Shown here: positions 37,749 through 47,102 of the stretch, piece by piece
How positions within the stretch are numbered: position 1 is the first letter of the stretch
How the letters are laid out: every line of letters starts with the position of its first letter
Assembly: GCA_965248695.1 (NCBI GenBank)
Contig: CBDFKD010000002.1
Location: 3,904,001 to 3,968,000 of the forward strand
From: Acidobacteriota bacterium
GTDB lineage: Bacteria > Acidobacteriota > UBA890 > WLXD01
Direction of reading: 5' to 3'
DNA length: 64,000 nucleotides
Notes under the pieces: model-generated
The model's input: only the letters and a program-made list of their open reading frames with translations
Database searches by the model: none
What the model was told of the DNA's origin: nothing
Position numbers and translations under genes: made by a program

Positions 37749-38915
37749 ATGGCACTGCACTTCACGATCGAGGAGTTCGAGGCGCGGCGCGGTGCGCTGA
37801 CAGGCCGGCTGACCGCCGCCGGACTCGATGGGTTGCTCATCTTCCGGCAAGAGTCGATGTTCTGGCTCACGGGCTACGACACCTTCGGCTACGTGTTTTT
37901 CCAGTGTCTGGTGCTCACGGCGGATGGCCGCATGGCGCTGTTGACCAGGGCGCCGGACCTTCGCCAGGCGCAGAACACGTCGATCATCGAGGACATCCGT
38001 ATCTGGGTGGACGGTGACGACGCAAAACCGGCCGCAGGGTTGCGTGATCTGCTCGATGAGCTCGGTCTGGCCGGGACTCGGCTCGGGGTGGAATACGAGG
38101 CCTACGGGCTCACCGGTCGCAATGCCCTGAGGCTCAACGCGGTACTGGCCGACTTCGCTACGTTGGAGGACAGGTCCGAGCTGGTGTCGGAGCTCCGACT
38201 GGTGAAATCACCGGCGGAGGTCGAGTACGTGCGCATGGCAGCGAAGCTCGCCGACGACGCCCTCGAGGCGGCATGGGAGCTGGCACGGCCTGGAGGCGAC
38301 GAGGCGGAGATCCTGGCCGCCATGCAAGGTGCGGTGTTCCGCGGCGGTGGCGACTATCCGGCCAACGAGTTCATCATCGGTTCGGGGCCCGACGCCTTGC
38401 TCTGTCGCTATTTCTCCGGTCGCCGCAGACTCGATGCCGAGGATCAGCTGACACTCGAATGGGCCGGCGCTTATCGTCATTATCACTCCGCGATGATGCG
38501 CACCGTGCCGATCGGACGGGTGCGCCAGGAGCATGAAGCGATGCACGCTGCCTGTGCCGAGGCGTTGCAGGCGTGTCGCGAGGCGCTGGCTCCTGGGCGG
38601 ACCCTCGGTGCGGTGTTCGACGCCCACGCGCGCGTCATGGACGCCCGCGGTTACGGGCATGCGCGCCTCAACGCTTGCGGCTATTCGTTGGGTACCACGT
38701 TTGCACCGAACTGGATGGACTGGCCGATGCTCTACCACGGCAACCCCGTCGTTTTGCGGCCGGGCCAGGTGTTCTTCATGCACATGATCCTCATGGACAG
38801 CGATCGCGGCCTGGCGATGACGCTGGGTGAGACGTTCCTGGTGACCGACGCTGGCAACGAGCGTCTGGGCCGGCTGTCGACGGATCTCATAACCGGGAGA
38901 CAATCCGATGCGTGA
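37749..38915 (+). CDS. M24 Xaa-Pro peptidase/creatinase-fold protein (ectoine hydrolase-like)
   Basis: QESMFWLTGYDTFGY, LRLVKSPAE, HYHSAMMRT, CGYSLG, FFMHM, GETFLVT. Confidence 0.85.
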   Translation: MALHFTIEEFEARRGALTGRLTAAGLDGLLIFRQESMFWLTGYDTFGYVFFQCLVLTADGRMALLTRAPDLRQAQNTSIIEDIRIWVDGDDAKPAAGLRDLLDELGLAGTRLGVEYEAYGLTGRNALRLNAVLADFATLEDRSELVSELRLVKSPAEVEYVRMAAKLADDALEAAWELARPGGDEAEILAAMQGAVFRGGGDYPANEFIIGSGPDALLCRYFSGRRRLDAEDQLTLEWAGAYRHYHSAMMRTVPIGRVRQEHEAMHAACAEALQACREALAPGRTLGAVFDAHARVMDARGYGHARLNACGYSLGTTFAPNWMDWPMLYHGNPVVLRPGQVFFMHMILMDSDRGLAMTLGETFLVTDAGNERLGRLSTDLITGRQSDA

Positions 38916-39318
38916 TTTCTCGATGCTGCTGCTGCGCGTGACGATGGGCGGTCTGACGGTGTTCTGGGGACTCGACAAGCTGGTGAACGTCGAGCATTCG
39001 GTGGCCGTCGCCGACGCCTTCTATCTGGGAATCGGGGCCAGTGCCTTCTTCCTCCAGGCCTTCGGTGTGGCGCAGACGGCGCTCGGCGTGCTGATCGTCG
39101 TTGGCCTCTACAGGCGCTACGCCTATCCGCCGCTGGTGCTGATCTCACTCGCCACCGCACTGGGAGTTTGGCGGTCGATCGTCGATCCGTGGGGCTGGGC
39201 CCTGGAGGGCACCAACGTCCTCTTCTACCCGTCGATCATCATCCTGGCGGCGTCGCTCGTGCTGCTCGGATTCCAGCAGGAAGACGCCTGGTCAATGGAT
39301 GCCTCGCGCCGCGGCTGA
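38908..39318 (+). CDS. DoxX-like membrane protein
   Basis: LLLRVTMG..WGLDKL, four hydrophobic segments, C-terminal WSMD. Confidence 0.7.
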   Translation: MRDFSMLLLRVTMGGLTVFWGLDKLVNVEHSVAVADAFYLGIGASAFFLQAFGVAQTALGVLIVVGLYRRYAYPPLVLISLATALGVWRSIVDPWGWALEGTNVLFYPSIIILAASLVLLGFQQEDAWSMDASRRG

Positions 39319-39429
39319 GGCAGCCGATTCGAACATGGCGCGCATGCGTTTGCCTCGCGGACATCCGCCGGATAGCCTTGCCGCGCCTCGTTCTTCCGTC
39401 CTTTGAGCACGACATCTGAGGAGCACCGC

Positions 39430-40752
39430 ATGTCTCGCAAGCGCGTCATCATTCTCGGCGCCGCCGGCCGTGACTTCCATAACTTCAATACCTACTTCCG
39501 CGGTAATGACGGCTACGAAGTGTTGGCGTTCACGGCGACGCAAATCCCCGACATCGACGGCCGCACCTATCCGGGCGAGCTGGCAGGCGATCTCTACCCC
39601 GACGGGATCCCCATTCGCCCCGAGGACGAGTTCGAGGAGCTGATCCGGGAGCACAACATCGATGAGGCCGTGTTCGCGTACAGCGACGTTTCGCACGAGA
39701 CCTTGATGCACCTCGCCTCCCGCACCACGGCAGCCGGCGCCGACTTCCGCTTGATGGGCATGAAAACCGGGACCGTCAGTTCAGCCGTTCCGGTGGTGTC
39801 GATCTGCGCCGTGCGCACCGGCTGCGGCAAGAGCCAGACGACCCGACGAGTGGTCGAGATCCTGCAGGGACTGGGCAAGAAAATCGTCGTGATCCGCCAT
39901 CCGATGCCCTACGGCGATCTCGTGAAACAACGCGTGCAGCGCTTCGAGACGCTCGAGGACATGGACAAGCACGAGTGCACCATCGAGGAGCGCGAGGAGT
40001 ACGAGCCGCACGTTCGCCGTGGAGCGATCGTTTATGCCGGCGTGGATTACGGTGCGATCGTAGCGGAGGCTGAAAAAGAGGCAGAGATCATCGTCTGGGA
40101 CGGCGGCAACAACGATCTGCCGCTCATCGCGCCCGACCTGGAGATCGTCGTCGTCGATCCGCACCGGCCGGGCCACGAGGTCTCTTACTATCCGGGCGAG
40201 CCCAACCTGCGCCGGGCCGACGTGGTGGTGATCAACAAGATGGACAGCGCTGACCTGGAGAACATCCAGGAGGTGCGCGAGAACATCGCCGCCTGCAACC
40301 CCGGTGCGATGGTGATCGACGCCGCATCGCCGCAGTTCATCGATGGCGCCGAGGAGATCGCCGGCAAGCGCGTGCTGGTCATCGAGGATGGCCCGACGCT
40401 GACCCATGGCGACATGGAATACGGCGCCGGCGTGATCGCGGCGATGAAATACGGCGCCGACGAGCTCGTGGATCCGCGTCCGTTCGCGGTTGGCAGCATT
40501 GCCGAGACCTTCGAGAAGTACGACCAGACCGAGATGTGCCTGCCGGCGATGGGCTACGGCGACGAGCAGATCAAGGAGCTGGAGGAGACGATCAATGCCA
40601 CGCCGTGCAACCTGGTGCTGATCGCCACGCCCATCGACCTACGCCATTTGGTCGACATCAACGTTCCGGCGCTGCGGGTGACCTACGAGCTTCAGGAGCT
40701 CGGTACGCCGACACTCCAGCAGCCACTGGAGAAGTTCGTCGCGGATCGCTGA
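39430..40752 (+). CDS. COG2403-type P-loop NTPase (cyclic 2,3-diphosphoglycerate synthetase-like; possible arginine synthetase ArcE)
   Basis: ILGAAGRDFHNFN, AFTATQIP, AVRTGCGKSQT, RHPMPYG, CTIEEREEYEPH, WDGGNND, EDGPTLTHG, PAMGY. Confidence 0.85.
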   Translation: MSRKRVIILGAAGRDFHNFNTYFRGNDGYEVLAFTATQIPDIDGRTYPGELAGDLYPDGIPIRPEDEFEELIREHNIDEAVFAYSDVSHETLMHLASRTTAAGADFRLMGMKTGTVSSAVPVVSICAVRTGCGKSQTTRRVVEILQGLGKKIVVIRHPMPYGDLVKQRVQRFETLEDMDKHECTIEEREEYEPHVRRGAIVYAGVDYGAIVAEAEKEAEIIVWDGGNNDLPLIAPDLEIVVVDPHRPGHEVSYYPGEPNLRRADVVVINKMDSADLENIQEVRENIAACNPGAMVIDAASPQFIDGAEEIAGKRVLVIEDGPTLTHGDMEYGAGVIAAMKYGADELVDPRPFAVGSIAETFEKYDQTEMCLPAMGYGDEQIKELEETINATPCNLVLIATPIDLRHLVDINVPALRVTYELQELGTPTLQQPLEKFVADR

Positions 40753-40847
40753 GCGCGCCGACGTCGGCCGGAAGCCTCGTAGCGGCTGTCCATCTCACTC
40801 TGGGAGCAGAAGGACGGGCGCTCGTCGAGTTGAGCATGATGGAGAAA

Positions 40848-40875
40848 TGCTGTTAGTGCGGTCACAATGCCAGCA
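40848..40875 (+). promoter_or_regulatory. Putative fit-like TA operator with a -10 element for a leaderless transcript
   Basis: TGCTGTTA-N12-TGCCAGCA imperfect inverted repeat ending on the A of the ATG. CACAAT lies 6 nt before the ATG, with no properly spaced RBS. Confidence 0.5.
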
Positions 40876-41111
40876 TGGGAGTGCAAATCACGATTCGCGA
40901 CGTTCCCGAAAGCGTCAGGAACACGTTGGCGGGCCGGGCTGCTAGCGAGGGCAAGTCGATGCAGGAGTTCCTTCGCAACGAGCTCGTGCGGTTGGCCGGG
41001 AAGCCCACCATCGAGGAATGGTTGCGGGAGGTCCGCGCTCGCAAGAAGGCCACGGGTACGCGTATCAGCGCCGAAGAGATCGTCAATGCGGTGCGAGCCG
41101 ACCGCCGCTGA
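40875..41111 (+). CDS. FitA-like ribbon-helix-helix antitoxin
   Basis: QITIRDVPESVRNTL..RAA..GKSMQEFLR; ISAEEIV..VRADR. Confidence 0.85.
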   Translation: MGVQITIRDVPESVRNTLAGRAASEGKSMQEFLRNELVRLAGKPTIEEWLREVRARKKATGTRISAEEIVNAVRADRR

Positions 41112-41500
41112 TGCCCGTCGTCGATGCCACGGTGCTGGTAGCGGCGACCGCTGACCTGGGTGCCCGGGGTGATTGGGCCGAGACCACGCTCTCCGGATAC
41201 CTTGCCGCGCCGCAGATCGTCTATGCGGAGGCGGCCAACGCACTCCGACGACTCGAGGGCAAGGGCACGCTGACACCCTCCGAGGCAACCGCTGCGCATC
41301 GAGGCCTCTTCCGGGTTCCGCTCATGCTGTTCCCCTTCGAACCTCTTGCCGAGCGGGTATGGGAGCTGCGACCGAACCTCACGTGCTACGACGCCTGGTA
41401 CGTGGCGCTTGCCGAGGCTCTCGAATATCCGCTCGCCACGATTGACCGTCGGCTTGCGCGCGCACCTGGGCCGACCTGCGAGTTCCTGATCGCCGAGTAG
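41111..41500 (+). CDS. vapC: PIN-domain VapC toxin
   Basis: MPVVDATVLV, YAEAANALR, NLTCYDAWYVALAE, LATIDRRL; TGATG overlap with the antitoxin. Confidence 0.88.
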   Translation: MPVVDATVLVAATADLGARGDWAETTLSGYLAAPQIVYAEAANALRRLEGKGTLTPSEATAAHRGLFRVPLMLFPFEPLAERVWELRPNLTCYDAWYVALAEALEYPLATIDRRLARAPGPTCEFLIAE

Positions 41501-41509
41501 GGGTTGCGG

Positions 41510-42295
41510 TCAAGCGTCGGTGGCGAGTGCAGACAATCGCAGGATGGTTACCGTGCCCGCGGCTCGATAGCCGAGACGCTCGGCGAGTCGCTGTGACACC
41601 GGGTTGGCCGCATTCCACTCCGGCGTGATTCCGCGCCTCAGACAGTGAAGTAGCAGGTGCGCTGCCGTGACCGTTGCCAGGCCGCGACCTCTCCAGGACT
41701 CCGCGGTCGAGATCGCCACCTCGACGCGTTCAGCGCTGGCACCGTAGGAGCTCGCCACGCAGGCTAGCTGATCGCCGCTGGCGGCGACGTAGCCGACGCC
41801 GCGATCGATGAGCGCCTCCGCAGAATCGTAGACCTGCATGCCGTGCGGCGAGAGCTCGGGTCCCAGACTCTCCGCGTCAGCGAGGCTCATGCGACGCAGA
41901 TCGAAGCCGGCGGGAACTTCGTCCGACATGCGCGCAAGGGCCGCCTTGTCGAGCCGAGATGCATCAAAGCCCTGCATCGGGTCAGGGGTCGCGTTGTCGC
42001 CGTGAATCGCGACGATGAGGCGTCGCCACGGCTCGCCGGCGTAGACTATCTCCGTCGGCCGGTCGGCCTCGCGCACCAGAATCTCGGCGGTCGGGCTTTC
42101 TGCCTCCCCACCGAGGATGTGGTAGCAGCCCACCCGGAGCACTGCGGCTGTCGGTGCTTGGTCCGCAACGAGGTCAATCTCTCCGGCACGTCCTTCCAGG
42201 ACTGCGTCGATTACGGCTCGCAGCTCGGTATGGTGGTCGAACAGCGCCCAGACCTGGTCTGCTGCACGGTGCCCGCATGCCGGTTGAGCGCTCAT
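41510..42295 (-). CDS. GNAT family acetyltransferase
   Basis: GVGYV..CVASS, EVAIST..WRGRGLA, PEWNAANPVSQRLAERLGY. Confidence 0.85.
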   Translation of the reverse strand: MSAQPACGHRAADQVWALFDHHTELRAVIDAVLEGRAGEIDLVADQAPTAAVLRVGCYHILGGEAESPTAEILVREADRPTEIVYAGEPWRRLIVAIHGDNATPDPMQGFDASRLDKAALARMSDEVPAGFDLRRMSLADAESLGPELSPHGMQVYDSAEALIDRGVGYVAASGDQLACVASSYGASAERVEVAISTAESWRGRGLATVTAAHLLLHCLRRGITPEWNAANPVSQRLAERLGYRAAGTVTILRLSALATDA

Positions 42296-42481
42296 TGTGG
42301 GAGTCACCGAGGGCCGAAGAAACGAACGACACAACGTCAAGCCGCGATCTCTGTCATCGACAGGCTCGACCTAGTCAGGGGACAGACCGTACCATCGCAA
42401 AGCTGGCCGCCGACACGAGCCGAAGCCTCCCACTAGGCCCCCCGACACGGTGCCGGCGGCCACTGTAACCGACGTGCGGGA

Positions 42482-43327
42482 GTGAGTGAATTGAGCCAGC
42501 TAGCGATGCAAGTAGACGCCGTTACGCCGGTGATCGGTGCCGAGATCAGGGGCGTGGACCTGTCGGCAACGCTCGACGACGCCACCGTCGATGCGGTCTA
42601 CGACGTCCTGATGAAGCACCTGGTCATCTTCTTTAGCGATCAGCAGTTGTCGCCGCAGGACCATCTTCGCTTCGCCGAGTGCTTCGGCGAGCTCGACACG
42701 CCGCATCCCGTCTATCCGAGCGTCGAAGGGTTCCCTGGCATCACGCTGCTGGAGAACGATGCCGGGCGCCCACCCGACACCAACGATTGGCACACCGACC
42801 TGACGTTCAAGCCCGAGCCGCCGTTCGCCTCCGTGCTGTTCGCGCACACCGTGCCGCCCACCGGCGGAGACACGCTTTGGACGAACATGTACGCCACCTA
42901 CGAGGCGCTGTCGGAGGGCATGAAGACTCAGATCGACGGTCTCTCTGCGGTGCACGACATGGGCGGGTTCCGCAACGACTACGTGGCGAAGGGCGGCGTC
43001 GAGAGCCTCAACGCGGCCATGGCAAGCGTCGGCTCGGCCGTCCATCCGCTCGCGCCGACGCACCCGGTTACCGGCAGACGGTTTCTGAACGTCAACCAAT
43101 CGTTCACCCGCCAGGTACTGGGGCTGCTTCAGAGCGAGAGCGACCGCCTCTTGGCGTACCTGTTCGATCACATGAACCGGCCGGAGTTTCAGCTCCGCTT
43201 CCGCTGGCGTCCGTCCTCGATGGCGATGTGGGACAACCGCGTAACGCAGCACTACGCGGTGGCGGATTATCTGCCGCACTACCGACGCATGCACCGAGTC
43301 ACAGTGGTCAAGGACCGGCGCGCATGA
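42482..43327 (+). CDS. tauD: TauD/TfdA family alpha-ketoglutarate-dependent dioxygenase
   Basis: IGAEIRGVDL, WHTD, GGDTLW, HPVTGR, WDNRVTQHYA..DY..RRMHR. Confidence 0.9.
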   Translation: MSELSQLAMQVDAVTPVIGAEIRGVDLSATLDDATVDAVYDVLMKHLVIFFSDQQLSPQDHLRFAECFGELDTPHPVYPSVEGFPGITLLENDAGRPPDTNDWHTDLTFKPEPPFASVLFAHTVPPTGGDTLWTNMYATYEALSEGMKTQIDGLSAVHDMGGFRNDYVAKGGVESLNAAMASVGSAVHPLAPTHPVTGRRFLNVNQSFTRQVLGLLQSESDRLLAYLFDHMNRPEFQLRFRWRPSSMAMWDNRVTQHYAVADYLPHYRRMHRVTVVKDRRA

Positions 43328-43431
43328 CTCCCCAGTTCGCCACCACACATTGGAGCCAGGTTCTGGCTGCCGGCGACTCGTCGGCACCCGACTCTCGCGC
43401 CGCACTCGAGTCGTTGTGCAGCGCCTACTGA
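43324..43431 (+). pseudogene. Truncated N-terminus of a planctomycete-type ECF sigma factor
   Basis: MTPQFATTHWSQVLAAG..ALESLCSAY* stops (TGA) where the conserved YW would continue; ATGA-coupled to tauD. Confidence 0.65.
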
Positions 43432-43711
43432 ACGTGCTCGTCGCGGTAGCCATCGAAGTGGACGTTGTCGAGGCCCCACGATTCCAGCTGTTCCTTGGCC
43501 CAGACGGCGGCCTCGTAATAGGCCGGGCTGCCGGTGAGCCGGGGGCCGAGACCATTCGCGTGTCGAGCGCTTCCGCTTCGGCTACCTGTTCGGGAGCGGC
43601 GCCCGATTCCTCGCCGAGCCCCGTCGGCAGCGCGGCCACACTCGAGGCGGTTGCCGCCAGCAGGGCGGCCGTGGTGGTTGCGAGGAGCAGCGATGGCTGT
43701 CGCCTATTCAT
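43425..43711 (-). pseudogene. Truncated, frameshifted N-terminus of a secreted M28/carboxypeptidase Q-like peptidase
   Basis: Signal peptide MNRRQPSLLLATTTAALL..; after a frame change near 43560, GLGPRLTGSPAYYEAAVWAKEQLESWGLDNVHFD, then stop. Confidence 0.6.
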
Positions 43712-45407
43712 GGCTCTGCTCCAGGGCACTGATCTCGACTCCGTACACGGTTGCTGCCTCCTCCACGGTGATGAATCCATTCAGAACGTCGTCACGTACG
43801 CGTTCTGGATCGCGCTCCCTCGGGTTGCCCCAGCCGCCGCCGCCGCCGGTGCGCACGCTGACGCGATCGCCTCGGTTGAACGGGCCCAGGTCGGCGAATC
43901 GTCCCGACGTGATCTCTTCACGATCGCTGCCCTCCCAGAGAACGATCGTGCTGGGGCCGGCGCGTTTGCCGCCGAACAGGCCCCAGGGCGGGCAGACGCT
44001 GTTCTCGTTGGCGGTTTGCACCAGGATCTCGTCTTCGGTCATCTCGTAGTCCCGGATCACCCCGAAGCCGCCCCGGAACTTGCCGGCGCCGGCGCCCTCG
44101 GGATTGAACGTGTAGCGCCGCATGAGGATCGGAAAGCGGCCCTCGATCACCTCGATCGGCGTGTTCGGGGCGTCGCCGTCGCCGACGAAGATCGTGCCGC
44201 TGGGCCCGTCGTCGTGGGGCAGCGCGCCCCCGCCGCCGTCGACGGGCTCGCCGCAGATGAACGGCTTGCCGGCGCGCGGATCCATGCGGTAGAAACTGGC
44301 GGCGCACAGCTGGTAGGTGCAGGCTGGGCAGAGTTCGGGAATTGCCTGCGCCAGCGCCCGTACCGTCAGGTGGATGACCATCTCGCCGACGTAGCCGTAG
44401 GAGTCGGACGGTGCCGGGTAGGAAGGGTTGACCACTGTGTCGGGCGGCATGGACACCGTGATCGGTCGAAGGTGTCCGTGGTTCATCGGTTCCATCGGCA
44501 TCAGCAGCGACTTGATGGCCACTTCGCCGAGGGCTTCGGTGCCCGGGCCTGGGTGGTTTACCGGTCCCTTGGTCACCGGGTCCGTACCCTCCCAATCGAC
44601 GAGAAGCTCGTCACCGTCCACCGTTACCGTGACTCGCATCGTGTAGGGCTCGTCGACACGGACCCCGTCGTGATCCATGACGGTCTCGGCGCGGTAAGCA
44701 CCATCGGGGATGGCGGTAATCTCGCGCCGCATGCGCTGCTCCGACTGATCGAAGACGATGGCCATCGCCGCGCGCAGCGTGTCGGCACCGTAGCGGTCAC
44801 AGAGGGCCCGGTAACGCAGCGCCCCGGTGCGACAGGAGGCGATCATGGCGTTGAGATCGCCCTCGACCACGCTAGGGAACCTGACGTTGGCTAGCACCAG
44901 GCGGTGTAGCTCACCGTTGAGCTGGCCGGCGTCATGAAGCTTGAGATGCGGGAAGATGAGCCCCTCCTGGTGGACGTCCGTCGACGTCGGGCACCACCCA
45001 CCGGGCGTTATCCCACCGATGTCGGCCCAGTGCGCCATGATGGCGGAGAATGCCTCCAGGCGGCCGTCGTGGAAGATCGGCATGTACACCACCGTGTCGC
45101 TGATGTGGGTGCCGGTGTCGTAGGGCTCGTTGCTGAGCACGATGTCGCCGTCGGCGAAGTTGTCCGCCCCGATGACCTGCAGACCGCTCCGTACCGTGCG
45201 CGGCAGGCAGCAGATGAACCCGGGCAGCCCGGATCCGTCGGCGAGCAGGTGGCCCTGGTGTGAGCTCAGGCCGACGCCGAAGTCCTGTACCTCGTAGATC
45301 AACGGGTTATGGGCCGTCTTGATGAGGCTGATCATCATCTCCTCGGCGACCGCCTTGATCGCACCGCGTATGACCTGGATGGTGATCGGGTCGAGCTCTG
45401 TCTTCAC
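43704..45407 (-). CDS. Hydantoinase B/oxoprolinase family protein
   Basis: DPITIQVI, NEPY..GTHISD, HWADIGG, QEG, GDLNAM, NTPIEVIE..FP, GAGKFRGG, GGGGWGNP.ER. Confidence 0.92.
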   Translation of the reverse strand: MKTELDPITIQVIRGAIKAVAEEMMISLIKTAHNPLIYEVQDFGVGLSSHQGHLLADGSGLPGFICCLPRTVRSGLQVIGADNFADGDIVLSNEPYDTGTHISDTVVYMPIFHDGRLEAFSAIMAHWADIGGITPGGWCPTSTDVHQEGLIFPHLKLHDAGQLNGELHRLVLANVRFPSVVEGDLNAMIASCRTGALRYRALCDRYGADTLRAAMAIVFDQSEQRMRREITAIPDGAYRAETVMDHDGVRVDEPYTMRVTVTVDGDELLVDWEGTDPVTKGPVNHPGPGTEALGEVAIKSLLMPMEPMNHGHLRPITVSMPPDTVVNPSYPAPSDSYGYVGEMVIHLTVRALAQAIPELCPACTYQLCAASFYRMDPRAGKPFICGEPVDGGGGALPHDDGPSGTIFVGDGDAPNTPIEVIEGRFPILMRRYTFNPEGAGAGKFRGGFGVIRDYEMTEDEILVQTANENSVCPPWGLFGGKRAGPSTIVLWEGSDREEITSGRFADLGPFNRGDRVSVRTGGGGGWGNPRERDPERVRDDVLNGFITVEEAATVYGVEISALEQSHE

Positions 45408-45485
45408 GGGAGCCTCATGTGAGATTCTCTGGGTCGTTCGTCTGGCGTAGCGCATCGACGCGCCACTATTGCTAAGGGTTCAGCC

Positions 45486-47102
45486 GTGCTCAGGTCAAGC
45501 CGAGGACACCGGTTAGTGCGCCAGGCTGGCTGGCTGGCGGCGAGTGTGGTCGCGATCGGGTGGCCGCTGCTGGCCCAAGGCTGTGCCCCTCCTGCCGAGG
45601 GTTCGCGAGCCGTGGACCCGGCGGTGTTCAACATCGCGTCGGTTACCGAGGTGATGATCGGCTGGGACCCGGCGACGCACCCGTCCAACGAGGTCAAGGT
45701 GATGCCCCTGATGTACGAGGGGCTGACGCGCTACGACCCGGTGGCGGACTCCGTGCAGCCGTTGCTGGCCGAGAGCTACTCGTCTACGGCCGACGGCCTG
45801 CGCTGGACGTTCACGCTGCGAGAAGGGGTGACCTTCCACAGTGGCAGGCCGATGACTGCAACGGCGGCCAAGGAGGCGCTCGACCGAACCATCCAGATGC
45901 GGCAGTCGGCCGCCTACATCTGGGATGCGGTAGCGAGCATCTCGGCACCGGACTCGCGCACGCTGGTGTTCCAATTGCACTATCCAGCGCCCATCGATCT
46001 GATCGCTGCGGCTGCCTATCAGGCGGCGATCTACGACGTACATGCGGCGCCGCCGGACCGGCTGGCCGCCTGGTTTGCGGCAGGCAATGACGCCGGTACA
46101 GGCCCCTACACGGTGGACACATGGGACCGCGGACAGGAGATCGAGCTGCGGATAAAAGCGTACGACGGGTACTGGGGCGGATGGGAGCCGCGCCATTACC
46201 GCAACGTCGTCTATCACGTCGTGCGTGAGCCGAACACGGCCGCTCAGCTGCTTCGCGCCGGGAAGCTGCACTGGGCCGAGAAGCTCACGCCTCAGCTGTG
46301 GGCCTCGTTCGCGGACGTGCCGGGATTTCGGGCCACTTCCACTGCCTCGTTCCAGAACCTTTTCATGCTGCTCAACATGAAGCGTGGCGCGCTCGCCGAC
46401 CGGCGCGTGCGTCAGGCGATCTCCTACGCTATCGACTACGACGGCCTGGTGGCCGCATCGCATGGGGCGCTCACGCGGGCGCACGGGTTGCTGCCGCACG
46501 GCATGGTCGGCGAGTCGCACGACCTGCCGCTGTACGAATACGAACCGGATCGAGCGCTGGAACTGCTGCGGCAGGCGGGTTTAGGACCGGGTGGGGAGAC
46601 GCTCCATCTGCAGCTCGGCTATTTGCCCGAGGAGGCGGATGAAGCGCTGTCGGCGATGGTTATCAAGTCGAACCTTGCCGCGCTCAACATCGTTGTGGAG
46701 ATCCGCCCGATGATCTGGGAGATGATGTGGGCGCAGGCGAAAGCGCCGGACCCGGATCGGGCGATCGACATGATGCTCATGATCTGGTGGCCGGACTACC
46801 CTGGCCCGCCCAACTGGTTCGCGCCGCTCTTCGGTACCGAGGATCCGCCCCACTACAACGTGACGCGATTCTCCGATCCCGAGCTCGACGAAGTCATGGC
46901 CGAGGCACAGCGTCTCCTCGGAATCGATCGCGCGGCCGCTACTGCGCTGTATCGGCGGGCGCAGATCCGCCTCCTCGAAGAAGCGCCAGCGGTCCTGCTG
47001 GGGGACATAGCTTACCAGCGCGTGATGTCGGACGCGGCGGCCGCGTTCGTCGACAATCCGGCCTACCCACACGTGGTCGCAGTGCGCGAGCTCAGCCGCT
47101 GA
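45486..47102 (+). CDS. ABC transporter substrate-binding protein, peptide/nickel family 5 (DppA-like lipoprotein)
   Basis: LAQGC lipobox-like, YEGLT, LAES..DGLRWTFTLREGVTFHSG, GTGPY, VRQAISYAID. Start uncertain. Confidence 0.9.
   Translation: MLRSSRGHRLVRQAGWLAASVVAIGWPLLAQGCAPPAEGSRAVDPAVFNIASVTEVMIGWDPATHPSNEVKVMPLMYEGLTRYDPVADSVQPLLAESYSSTADGLRWTFTLREGVTFHSGRPMTATAAKEALDRTIQMRQSAAYIWDAVASISAPDSRTLVFQLHYPAPIDLIAAAAYQAAIYDVHAAPPDRLAAWFAAGNDAGTGPYTVDTWDRGQEIELRIKAYDGYWGGWEPRHYRNVVYHVVREPNTAAQLLRAGKLHWAEKLTPQLWASFADVPGFRATSTASFQNLFMLLNMKRGALADRRVRQAISYAIDYDGLVAASHGALTRAHGLLPHGMVGESHDLPLYEYEPDRALELLRQAGLGPGGETLHLQLGYLPEEADEALSAMVIKSNLAALNIVVEIRPMIWEMMWAQAKAPDPDRAIDMMLMIWWPDYPGPPNWFAPLFGTEDPPHYNVTRFSDPELDEVMAEAQRLLGIDRAAATALYRRAQIRLLEEAPAVLLGDIAYQRVMSDAAAAFVDNPAYPHVVAVRELSR

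Noticed and set aside
42436-42480. GGCCACTGTAAC upstream of tauD resembling a cobalamin riboswitch core
   Set aside because: Flanking conserved helices and the B12 box are missing, and there is too little room before the start codon.
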